Source of the DNA: Eledone cirrhosa
Taxonomy: Eukaryota
Direction of reading: 5' to 3'
DNA length: 64,000 nt
Assembly: GCA_964016885.1 (NCBI GenBank)
Contig: OZ024742.1
Span: 28,830,001-28,894,000, forward strand
The translations under genes and the position numbers were made by a program. This document shows, piece by piece, positions 45,633-58,045 of this stretch; within the stretch, counting starts at the first letter, position 1; each line of letters begins with the position of its first letter. Below the pieces are notes generated by a model. That model worked only from the letters and a program-made list of their open reading frames with translations, did not search any database and was not told the origin of the DNA.

Positions 45633-48600
45633 ACCAACACCAACAACACCAAAACCATCACCACCACCACAACAACACCAACACCATCACCACCACCACC
45701 ACCACCACAACAACAACACCACTACAACAACACCACAACAACAACACCAACACCATCACCACCACCACAACAATACCAACACCATCACCACCACCACCAC
45801 AACACCAACACCACAACAACACCTACACCATCACCACCACCACAACAATACCAACACCATCACCACCACCACCACAACAACAACACCACCACAACAACAC
45901 CACAACAACAACACCAACACCATCACCACCACCACAACAACATCACCAACACCACCACAACGACAACACCATCACCAACACCACAACAACACCACCACCA
46001 TCACAACACCACAACACCAACACCATCACCACCACCACAACAACATCACCAACACCACAACAACACTAACACCAACACCACAACACCAACACCAACACCA
46101 CAACACAACAACACCACAACACAACAACAACAACACCATCACCACCACCACAACACCAACAACATCACCAACACCACCACAACAACATCACCAACACCAC
46201 AACAACAACAACACCATCACCAACACCACAACAACAACACCACCACCATCACAACACCACAACAACAACACCAACACCACAACAACACCAACACCACAAC
46301 AACAACACCATCACCACCACCACAACACCAACAACATCACCATCACCACCACAACACCAACACCATCACCACCACAACAACAACACCATCACCACCACCA
46401 CCACAACACTATCACCACCACAACACCAACAACATCACCACCACCACAACAACAACACCATCACCACTACTACAACACCAACACCACAACACCAACACCA
46501 TCACCACCACCACAACAACATCACCAACACCACAACAACACTAACACCAACACCACAACACCAACACCATCACCACCACAACACCATCAGCAACACCACA
46601 ACAACAACACCACCACCACCACAACACAACAACACCACAACACAACAACAACAACACCATCACCACCACCACAACACCAACAACATCACCAACACCACCA
46701 CAACAACAACACCATCACCACCACCACAACATCACCAACACCAAAACAACAACAACACCATCACCAACACCACAACAACAACACCACCACCATCACAACA
46801 CCACAACAACAACACCACCACAACACAACAACACCACAACACAACAACAACAACACCATCACCACCACCACAACACCAACAACATCACCAACACCACCAC
46901 AACAACAACACCATCACCACCACCACAACAACATCACCAACACCACAACAACAACAACACCATCACCAACACCACAACAACAACACCACCACCATCACAA
47001 CACCACAACAACAACACCAACACCACAACAACAACACCATCACCACCACCACAACACCAACAACATCACCATCACCACCACAACACCAACACCATCACCA
47101 CCACAACAACAACACCATCACCACCACCACCACAACACCATCACCACCACAAGACCAACAACATCACCACCACCACAACAACAACACCATCACCACTACC
47201 ACAACACCAACACCACAACAACAACAACATCACCACCACCACACCATCAACACAACTACAACACCATCACCACCACCGCAACACCATCACCAACACCACC
47301 ACAACACCATCACCACCACAACAACAACACCACCACCACAACACCAACACCATCACCAACACCACCACAAAACCATCACCAACACCACCACAACACCATC
47401 ACCACCACCACAACAACAACACCACCACCACAACACCAACACCATCACCAACACCACCACAACACCATCACCACCACCACAACACCAACACCATCACCAC
47501 CACCACAACAACAACACCAACACCACAACAACACCATCACCACCACCACAACACCATCACCACCACCACAACACCAACAACATCACCAACACCACCACAA
47601 CACCATCACCACAACACCATCACCACCACCACAACACCAACGCCATCACCAACACCACCGCAACACCATCACCACCACCACAACACCAACACCATCACCA
47701 CCACCACAACAACAACACCATCACCACCACCACAACACCATCACCACCACCACAACAACAACACCATCACCACTACCACCACAACAACATCACCACCACC
47801 ACAACACCATCACCACCACCACAACACCATCACCACCACCACAACACCATCACCACCACCACAACAACATCACCAACACCACCACCACACCAACACCATC
47901 ACCACCACAACAACATCACCACCACCACAACACCATCACCACCACCACAACACCAACAACATCACCAACACCACAACAACAACACCATCACCACCACCAC
48001 AACAACACCATCACCACCACAACACCATCACCACCACCACAACAACATCACCAACACCATCACAACACCATCAGCAACACCACAACAACAACACCATCAC
48101 CACCACCACCACAACAACATCACCAACACCACCACAACACCATCACCAACACCACAACAACAACACCATCACCACCACCACCACAACAACATCACCACCA
48201 CCACAACACCATCACCACCACCACAACAACAACACCATCACCACCACCACAACACCAACACCATCACCACCACCACAACACCAACACCATCACCACCACC
48301 ACAACACCAACACCATCACCACCACCACAACACCAACAACATCACCACCACCACAACACCAACACCATCACCACCACCACAACACCATCACCAACACCAC
48401 AACAACAACACCATCACCACCACCACCACAACAACAACATCACCACCACCACAACACCATCACCACCACCACAACACCAACAACATCACCACCACCACAA
48501 CAACAACACCATCACCACCACCACAACACCAACACCATCACCACCACCACAACACCAACAACATCACCACCACCACAACAACAACACTATCACCACCACC

Positions 48601-48685
48601 ACAACACCAACACCATCACCACCACCACAACACCAACACCATCACCACCACCACAACACCAACAACATCACCACCACCACCATAA
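45633..48685. repeat. About 3-kb CAC/CAA/CAT trinucleotide-derived satellite (ACCATCACCACCACCACAAC-type units)
   Basis: Directly visible; almost no G on the + strand. Confidence 0.95.
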
Positions 48686-48711
48686 CAATGAGAAAAGAAG
48701 ACAAAGCAAAC

Positions 48712-49456
48712 AATGGGTTACATATGAAAAAGTTTGTCCTCATCAGTGGCCTTCCAACCGTCGTAGGCATTTCGTCCACTGATGAGGACAAACTTTTTCA
48801 TATGTAACCCATTTGCAGCGCCGCAGCTCCATTATTATCATATTTACACATATATTTTTTCCTCCGCTGCCACCAGTCTGTTTCGTTCTTTGTGTCTTTA
48901 CCCTTTCTAGCAGTCTCTCTCTCTCTGTTAGCCTCTTCCTCACCTTTCACTCACTCACTCTCTGTCACTACCTCTCCTCCTCCCCTTTCTTCCTGTTTGA
49001 CCTGTCCGTAATCCTTTTCTCGCGGGCACTTGGCCAAGCCGGTATGCATTTTTTTCTCTCTCTCTCGTCTGCGACTTCACAGAACTTATGTTTACCGAAT
49101 TCGCAGACCAGACCCCTTCTTCCTCCCGTTAGACCTGTGCGAAATTCCTTCCTTGCTCACATTTCAACCAGGTTTGATGGTCTTTATTCTCTCGTTCACG
49201 ATTCCACCGAATTTATATTCATAGAAATCTGGGACTTGTTTCTTCTTCATCACTTTCTGTTGCTTAAACCATTTTGTTTGTTTACCCTAGCGTCCCCCTT
49301 ATTTACGTGTCCCAACGACTTTTTTTAGCCGTTGCTCGCACCAACCTGAGGTATATGGCCTTTAATGCGACGAAATGCCTACGACGGTTGGAAGGCCACT
49401 GATGAGGACAAACTTTTTCATATGTAACCCATTTGCAGCGCCGCAGCTCCATTATT

Positions 49457-49463
<7 letters not shown>
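48712..49463. mobile_element. Non-coding element with a 68-bp terminal direct repeat (620-bp offset) and an inverted terminal segment; Penelope pLTR-like layout
   Basis: 48776-48843 equals 49396-49463. 48712-48776 is the reverse complement of 49369-49433. The element ends in (TA)n. Confidence 0.6.
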
Positions 49464-49528
<65 letters not shown>

Positions 49529-49879
49529 CACAAATATATATATAATCGTAAATAATAGCAATGAGGATTTATAAAGAACGACAGTGAGAGAAAAATCAAG
49601 AATTCCCTGATTGACAGAATTCTTCATTGTTAGAAGAATATTTCCCGAAAGATCAAACCTCTCCTCCTCCACCGCCTTCTTTCTCGAAACTTGCGACATT
49701 TTCTTGGAGTCAAAGACAGAAAATTGGATTATTAAAACAAGGTTTCGAATTGGTCAGGTGAGAGAAATGAGGTTTGGTAAGAGATAGGTGTAGGAACTGA
49801 TTAAAGGGAAGGTCTTTCTTTTGTCTTCTTTTTTCTTCTTTCCTTCTTCTTCTCTCCCTCCCCTTTCCTTTCCTTTCTT

Positions 49880-51855
49880 TTCCTTTCTTTCTTAAGTACG
49901 TTAATTTGTTAACGACACCAACAGTTGACTGATAAAATGACAAGTCAGTCAATCATATCGGTGGCCTGCCCACAGCCCCGACGGACAGAATGGAGAAGGC
50001 GTTTACCCGGGGGACGGCAAGGGAGACGCGCTGAAAAAGCCATTCCAGCTCGCGGTGCTCACACGTGCGGCTGGCCAGCTCAGCGCCTATGGTGGTGAGT
50101 AGGGAGGTAGCCCTAGGGCCGAGGACACCAGAGGTCTCCACTGCCAAGAGCACGACCGGAAATCTGTCAGAGAGCGACCGGTATTTGAAGAGTTTGGCCT
50201 CCTCAGCCCGACATGCAGCAGGACCTGGGTTAGTCGCAGACTGCACCAGGTTGCCTCAGCCCGACATGCAGCAGAACCTGGGTTAGTCACAGACTGCACC
50301 AGGTTGCCTCAGCCCGACATGCAGCAGAACCTGGGTTAGTCGCAGACTGCACCAGGTTGCCTCAGCCCGACATGGAGCAGGACCTGGGTTAGTCACAGAC
50401 TGCACCAGGTTGCCTCAGCCCGACATGGAGCAGGACCTGGGTTAGTCGCAGACTGCACCAGGTTGCCTCAGCCCGACATGCAGCAGAACCTGGGTTAGTC
50501 ACAGAATGCACCAGGTTGCCTCAGCCCGACATGGAGCAGAACCTGGGTTAGTCGCAGACTGCACCAGGTTGCCTCAGCCCGACATGCAGCAGAACCTGGG
50601 TTAGTCACAGACTGCACCAGGTTGCCTCAGCCCGACATGCAGCAGAACCTGGGTTAGTCACAGACTGCACCAGGTTGCCTCAGCCCGACATGGAGCAGAA
50701 CCTGGGTTAGTCGCAGACTGCACCAGGTTGCCTCAGCCCGACATGCAGCAGAACCTGGGTTAGTCACAGACTGCACCAGGTTGCCTCAGCCCGACATGCA
50801 GCAGAACCTGGGTTAGTCGCAGACTGCACCAGGTTGCCTCAGCCCGACATGCAGCAGAACCTGGGTTAGTCGCAGACTGCACCAGGTTGCCTCAGCCCGA
50901 CATGCAGCAGAACCTGGGTTAGTCACAGACTGCACCAGGTTGCCTCAGCCCGACATGGAGCAGAACCTGGGTTAGTCGCAGACTGCACCAGGTTGCCTCA
51001 GCCCGACATGCAGCAGGACCTGGGTTAGTCACAGACTGCACCAGGTTGCCTCAGCCCGACATGCAGCAGAACCTGGGTTAGTCGCAGACTGCACCAGGTT
51101 GCCTCAGCCCGACATGCAGCAGGACCTGGGTTAGTCGCAGACTGCACCAGGTTGCCTCAGCCCGACATGCAGCAGAACCTGGGTTAGTCGCAGACTGCAC
51201 CAGGTTGCCTCAGCCCGACATGGAGCAGAACCTGGGTTAGTCGCAGACTGCACCAGGTTGCCTCAGCCCGACATGCAGCAGAACCTGGGTTAGTCACAGA
51301 CTGCACCAGGTTGCCTCAGCCCGACATGCAGCAGAACCTGGGTTAGTCACAGACTGCACCAGGTTGCCTCAGCCCGACATGCAGCAGAACCTGGGTTAGT
51401 CGCAGACTGCACCAGGTTGCCTCAGCCCGACATGCAGCAGAACCTGGGTTAGTCGCAGACTGCACCAGGTTGCCTCAGCCCGACATGCAGCAGAACCTGG
51501 GTTAGTCACAGACTGCACCAGGTTGCCTCAGCCCGACATGGAGCAGAACCTGGGTTAGTCGCAGACTGCACCAGGTTGCCTCAGCCCGACATGCAGCAGG
51601 ACCTGGGTTAGTCACAGACTGCACCAGGTTGCCTCAGCCCGACATGCAGCAGAACCTGGGTTAGTCACAGACTGCACCAGGTTGCCTCAGCCCGACATGC
51701 AGCAGGACCTGGGTTAGTCGCAGACTGCACCAGGTTGCCTCAGCCCGACATGCAGCAGAACCTGGGTTAGTCGCAGACTGCACCAGGTTGCCTCAGCCCG
51801 ACATGCAGCAGGACCTGGGTTAGTCGCAGACTGCACCAGGTCGCGGACGGCTAGA
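49880..51855 (-). mobile_element. 3' fragment of a CRE-clade (RLE) non-LTR retrotransposon, with an internal minisatellite expansion
   Basis: AACRAEEAKLFKY...LAVETSGVLGPRA...LFQRVSLAVPRVNAFSIL matches the CRE C-terminal pattern AExxKxxKY...ETxGxxG...QRxSxAxQRGNA. Confidence 0.75.
50201..51841. repeat. 53-bp minisatellite, about 31 copies
   Basis: CTGCACCAGGTTGCCTCAGCCCGACATG(C/G)AGCAG(A/G)ACCTGGGTTAGTC(G/A)CAGA, with CTGCACC at 50241, 50294, 50347 and onward to 51831. Confidence 0.97.
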
Positions 51856-52319
51856 ATGGTAAATAGATAAAATAAGAGAGGAGCTGAGCTGAGAGAGAAA
51901 AGTGGTGGACGGGTGGTGTGTGGGGGAATGGGGGAATGGTTTAAATTGAGGCAGGAGGGAGGCGGAAAGGTGGAGGGGGAAATATAGGGGTGTGGGGAAG
52001 GGTGGAATGGCTTACATTGAGAGCGGGGAGGAGGGAGGGAATGTAAGGTGGTTGTAGTAATAATGGTGGTGGCTGTGGTGGTAGTAGTCGTGATGGCGGC
52101 GGTAGCAGTCATGGTGGTGGTGGTAGTAGTAATGGTGGTGGTGGTGGCAGTGTTGGGAGTGGTACTGTTTGGTGTGTGTGGGGGGGGGGGGGTTAGATGT
52201 GTAAGAGAAGTGAATGAGAGAAATCCAATATCAGGAATCTGAATTACAATATTTCCAGTTACACTAGATTTTATTTATAGTTGAAATATGGTAATTGTTT
52301 TCATGTTTTGTTTTAGTGA

Positions 52320-53445
52320 GGTGGGGTGGGTTGGGGTGAGGTGGGGGTGGAGATGTAGGGGAGGCGTGAGGGGTGAGGTGTGAGGGAGGTGGGGGTGGAG
52401 ATGTAGGGGAGGCGTGAGGGGTGAGGTGTGAGGGAGGTGGGGTGCGTTGGGATGAGAGGTGTGGGGTGATATGGGGGGGGGGGGGTAAGAGGGAGAATGA
52501 GGGAATAAATATCTTAGAATCGAAGGTGAATTAAAGAATGTATTGTGAATTTGTGAAGGAAATTGAAGGGAGTGAGAGAGAGAGAAGGGAGTGAGAGAGA
52601 GAGAAGGGAGTGAGAGAGGGAGTGGGGGTGAGAAGGGAGGGAGAGTGAGAGAAGGCGGGGAGAGAGGGAGTGGGGGGCTGAGAAGGGAGGGAGAGAGGGA
52701 GAAGGGAGGGAGAAGGGAGTAAGAGAGGGAGAAGGGAGGGAGAAGGGAGGGGAGGGGAGACAGAAGGGCTGGGGGGTGAGGGGGGAGAAGTCGGGAAGAG
52801 AGAGGGGGAGAAGTCGGGGTGGGGGGGTGGGGGGTGGCGTAAAACAGTTTTGGACTCTAATGAAATCGAAAGGAAGGATTAAAAATAAGAATATATATAT
52901 GTGTGTGTATGGATAAAGAGAGAGAGAGAGAGAGAGAGAGTGAGAATATATAGAGGAGACCGAGCGAGAGATTATATATATTTATAGAATATGTAGAGAA
53001 TATATAGAAGATATATAGAGAGGATATATATAGAGAGAGGATATATATAGAGAGAGGATATATAGAGAGAGGATATATATATAGAGAGAGGATATATATA
53101 TAGAGAGAGAGAGGATATATATATATATAGAGAGAGAGAGAGGATATATATAGAGGATATATATATATAGAGAGAGAGAAGATATATATATATAGAGAGA
53201 GAGGATATTAAGCGAGAGAGAGGATATATATATAGAGAGAGAGAGAGGATATATAAAGACAGAGAGCAAATTTATAGAGAGAGAGAGAGAGGATATATAT
53301 ATATAGAGAGAGAGAGAATATATAAAGAGAGAGAGGATATATATATAGGAGAGAGGATATATATATATATATAGAGAGAGAGAGGATATATATAGAAAGG
53401 ATATATATATAGAGGATATATATAGAGAGAGAGGATATATATAGA
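52320..53445. repeat. G-rich/GA low-complexity sequence followed by a compound (GA)n-GGA-(TA)n microsatellite
   Basis: Directly visible. Confidence 0.85.
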
Positions 53446-53447
53446 AA

Positions 53448-53953
53448 ATATTGATGGAAGTTACGGAGTAGGTAAACGCAGAAAAACCTGGGACGACTTG
53501 ATAAATTCCGACCTTACACACTTACACCTCTCTAAGACAATGTCACTGGACCGAGATGTTTGGCGTTACGCAGTAATACAGAAGACCCGCCTTGCCTATG
53601 TACAAAGCGAAACCTACAGTCAGTAGGCACCTCTTAACCAACACCACCCTTTCTCTGTAAAGATATGTTGGTACCACAACATCCAGTCCAAACTAAATGT
53701 GGTTGTGTAGGTGTCACGACAAGAAAAAAAACAGTCCACGCTGTAATGTGGCCGTGTAGGTAACACGGTAAAAACCTCCCTGTCCACACTGTAAAAGTGG
53801 TTGGTGTTAGGAGGGCATCCAGACGTAGAGAACCTGCCAGATAGTCCTATACGAGCGAGACATGGTCACCCGATCAATCTTGCCTGAAGTAGGAAAATTT
53901 CCGTCTAAACCCATGCTAGCGTGGAAGATAGACGTTAAACGATGATGATGATG
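53448..53953 (+). mobile_element. 3' fragment of an RTE-X-like LINE
   Basis: IDGSYGVGKRRKTWDDLINSDL...DRDVWRYAV matches the RTE-type C-terminus GRPxKTW...DL...DRxxWR. The 3' UTR has GAGGGCATCCAG and ends GACGTTAAAC(GAT)4. Confidence 0.75.
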
Positions 53954-54020
53954 AATATATATAGAGTATATATAAAATATATATAGAGAGAGAATATATA
54001 TAGAGAATATATATATATAT

Positions 54021-54053
<33 letters not shown>

Positions 54054-54621
54054 GAATATATATATATAATATATAATATATATATATAATATATATATAG
54101 AATATATATATAATATATAATATATATATAGAATATATATATAATATATAATATATATATATAATATATATATATAATATATATAATATATATAATATAT
54201 ATATAATATATATATATATATAATATATATAATATATATAATATATATATAATATATATATATAATATATATATATATAGAATATATATATAATATATAA
54301 TATATATGTATAATATATATATATATATAGAATATATATATAATATATAATATATATATATAATATATATATAATATATTATATATATATATAATATATA
54401 TATATAATATATTATATATATATATATAATATATATATAGAATATATAGAATATATATATAATATATATATATAATATATATAATATATATATATATAAT
54501 ATATATAATATATATATAATATATATATATAATATATATATATAATATATATATAGAATATATATATATATAGAATATATATATATATATATATATATAG
54601 AATATATATATATATATATAT
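53954..54621. repeat. Interrupted (TA)n microsatellite
   Basis: Directly visible. Confidence 0.95.
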
Positions 54622-54677
54622 GTTGATTTAAAACTGCACTATCCACAAGTGTTTTTACCTTCATATCATGTCTTCCT

Positions 54678-54746
54678 GTTTTATCTGATGAAAACACAAA
54701 TATTATTGCATGGTGATATTTGTTTTTGAGATGCGCATAATAAAAT
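54678..54746 (+). ncRNA. Type I minimal hammerhead ribozyme remnant (GAAA changed to GAGA)
   Basis: Stem I TTTTAT/ATAAAA; core CTGATGA at 54685-54691; stem II ACAAATATTA/TGATATTTGT; GAGA at 54728-54731; palindromic stem III TGCGCA; AUA cleavage triplet ending at 54739. Confidence 0.65.
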
Positions 54747-54775
54747 ACATGGAACTCTTTTAGCCATCTTTTGTT

Positions 54776-54846
<71 letters not shown>

Positions 54847-54848
<2 letters not shown>

Positions 54849-56075
54849 AACCCAGAGAACCCATTCGATGTCTCAATGGGCTCTTATGACAGTGCCGAGG
54901 TTTGTGATCTGGTCGGCCTATTCCTCTTACATACACTTAAAGAAAAATTTCCTAACCATATTTTTGGGCTTTATCGCGATGATGGTCTAATACTTTCCCA
55001 TACCACCATAGGCCATAACTTAGATAGATTAAGGAAAGACTTAATAAAAACCTTCGCTAGTTTTAATCTTAAAATTACTATTGACACTAACCTTTCCAAC
55101 GTAGATTTCCTAGATATAAACCTAGATTTGCCTACTGCTTCTTATAAACCATACCATAAACCTAATGAAAACTTAAAATATATAAATAAAGGATCTTGCC
55201 ATCCACCTATAGATTTTAAAAACCTTATCCCTAATATTAGCCGTAGGATCTCCACCCTCTCTTCCTCAGAAGCTATTTTTAATAAGGCACCCCCCTACTA
55301 TAATAAAGCCCTCCAAAATAGCGGCTTTAGCGAACCGATTAAATACATACCTAACTACACTAACTCTATTAAACATAAAAATAGGAAAAGAAAAATAATC
55401 TGGTTCACACCCCCCTACTCTCTAGCAGTTAAAACTAATGTAGGCAAAAAATTCCTAGAACTCCTAGATAAACATTTCCCTAGGACACATAGATACTATA
55501 AGATCTTTAACAGAAACTGTGTTAAAATTAGCTATTCCTGCGGTCCCCCTATTAAGTCCTATATCCTCAACAAAATATCACCTAGAGAAAATCAAACTTA
55601 CTCCTGTAGAATCAAAAGTGAATGCCCATTACAAGGTAAATGCAACACCAAAGCCATTGTATATGCGGCTAAAGTGACAACCATCAGCAACAACCATCCA
55701 GCCACCAGTGAACGATATGTGGGTATGACGCAAGACAGATTCAAAACGCGTTATTACTCACATGTCGCATCCTTTCGACATCCAGAAAAAAGATTTACAA
55801 CAGCTCTGGCTAGCAGAATTTGGGATTTGAAAGACCAAAGCATCCAATATAAACTAGATTGGTCAATTTTGAACCAATCTAAAAAATATGCTAGAGGAAC
55901 AAGAAAATGCACGCTCTGCATAAATGAAAAATTTTGAATATTGCAAAATCTTAAATCACCAAAGACCTGCCTGAACACAAAGACGGAAATTTTCACCAGT
56001 TGCCCACACATGAAATCACACCTGCTTTCCAGCTCATATAAACTTAACACACTTTCAGATACTTATCCTCCATAA
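54847..56075 (+). pseudogene. PLE1 RT-GIY-YIG ORF fragment; in-frame TGA at 55935-55937, frame continues to TAA at 56073-56075
   Basis: After CTLCINEKF* the frame continues ILQNLKSPKTCLNTKTEIFTSCPH..., matching the LNxRxExxxxCxH C-terminus. Confidence 0.85.
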
Positions 56076-56485
56076 ACTCTTATTATTCTCTTTTTAATTA
56101 CCCTTTCTGACTTACTTTCATTTTTATCCTTGTCAATAATTTCATTTATTTTCACTTTTATTTTTACTTCACATCCACCCCCCCCACCTTTATTCTCCAA
56201 TCCACTTTCTATTTTCTATTTTTTACTTCCCCTTCTTTTACTTCCCTTTTTCCTCCACTAACTGATTATACTTGTCTTTTGTGTTTTTCAATCCAGATAT
56301 ATTTTTCATTTTTATTTTTATTTTATTTTTGCGCAGCCTATCTTACAATTTTATATTTGTACTTATTTATCCACAAGTTTTTTACACCCTGTATCAATAT
56401 GGCTGAACGCCTTAATGTGTGTATACTTTTTATATATGTACATGAGTGACTACGTGTGTGCGCGCGCGTGCGTGTATGTATATGT

Positions 56486-56533
<48 letters not shown>

Positions 56534-57309
56534 GTGTGTGTACAGGTGTTTGTGTGTGTGTGTATGTATATATTATGCGTATGTGTACGTGTCTTTATAT
56601 CCGTGTTTTTGACATCTCGGTTTTATGTTTTGTTCCTTTTTTTCTTCTTCTCCCCCCCCCCCCTCCCTTTTTTTTACTTACTCAGTTTCATGCGTGGGCA
56701 TGCAAACAGGTTTATATGCGTGAGTATAAGTATGTGTGTGTGTGTGTGTGTGTGTACGTATCGAACGTATGGATGTGTAAGTGCGCGTGTGTTGATAAGC
56801 ATAATTATCTTTACATTTCTTTTGTGAGACACGCGTGTCTGTGTATGTATGTACCCCCTTTTTTGTTTTCTTTAATTTTTTCTTTCTAATATCTTTCCTT
56901 TCTAATTTATCGTTATTATATTTTTATAAATATATCGAGACTGATACTTTTCTTTTAATTATTACACTCCCTTACCTCCTTTCTTTCCGCATCTAAGTGT
57001 ACGAGTGTGCAGGCGTTTTATGCGCGCGCCTTCATATTCATATATTTACGATGTAACCATTTCTGTCTGTATAATACAGACATATAGATACATTTGCCCT
57101 AAATTTTAGAATTATGCACACTTTCTCACTATACATATACATGTGCGCATATACATATATGCACATCTGTGAGCGTATATACATACATATACACACACCT
57201 AACTATATTTCTTGATAGATTTTTATATATTTCAATTTCTATTTCATTTATCTATATCTTTTTTTGATTTTCTTGATGTGTTTTTCTAAGTATTTGCCCA
57301 TGTTTTATA

Positions 57310-57385
57310 TTGCCTCGTCTGACGAACGAATGAAGTCGTTTATTTCGTATTTGCCTCATTCGGGAAACCTCTGGTAATGAGGTAA
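57310..57385 (+). ncRNA. Type I hammerhead ribozyme (PLE1 3' end)
   Basis: Stem I TTGCCTCGT/ATGAGGTAA (9 bp with G-U pairs); CTGACGA at 57319-57325; stem II CGAATGA/TCATTCG; GAAA at 57364-57367; stem III CC-TCT-GG; GUA cleavage after 57376. Confidence 0.85.
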
Positions 57386-57483
57386 TTATATTGTATTGAT
57401 TTTTATACATTAAATTTTGCTCTGATACTTACATAGAGCACTCTTCATTTCTATGACCTTTTCTGTTTCCAACGGAAATTTCA

Positions 57484-57487
<4 letters not shown>

Positions 57488-57559
<72 letters not shown>

Positions 57560-57777
57560 TATATAATATATATATATAATATATATATATAATATATATA
57601 TATAATATATATATATAATATATATATATAATATATATATATAATATATATATATAATATATATATATAATATATATATATATATAATATATATATATAA
57701 TATATATATAGAATATATATAATATATATATAGAATATATATAATATATATATAGAATATATATATATATATATAGA

Positions 57778-57811
<34 letters not shown>

Positions 57812-58044
57812 TATATATATATAGAATATATATATATAGAATATATATATATATATATAGAATATATATATATATATAATATATATATATATATATAGAA
57901 TATATATATATATAGAATATATATATATAGTATATATATAGAATATATATATATAATATATATATAGAATATATATATATATATATATAGAATATATATA
58001 TAGAATATATATATATATATATATAATATATATATAGAATATAT
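57488..58044. repeat. Interrupted (TA)n microsatellite with about 13-bp periodic AA interruptions
   Basis: Directly visible. Confidence 0.95.
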
Positions 58045-58045
58045 T

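Larger units (their letters stand above)
54847..57487 (+). mobile_element. Penelope-like element 1 (Naiad-like), 5'-truncated, with a hammerhead in its 3' end; flanked by (TA)n
   Basis: RT C-half (MGSYDSAEVCDLVG, GLYRDDGL, FLD, HPP), WFTPPYS, CxxxxxCPLxGxC linker and GIY-YIG (IVY...YVGMT...FKTRYYSH). Confidence 0.88.

Noticed and set aside
44711-45670. His/Pro-rich and Gly/Trp-rich ORFs
   Set aside because: They are products of the GGT repeat, with no non-repetitive coding context.
49340-49410. Complete hammerhead built from CTGAGG/CTGATGA and CGAAA
   Set aside because: Stems II and III and an NUH triplet could not be assembled consistently in type I, II or III topology.
50201-51841. CRISPR-like appearance of the regular 53-bp and 64-bp repeats
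   Set aside because: There are no unique spacers and no cas genes, and the context is eukaryotic; these are plain tandem minisatellites.
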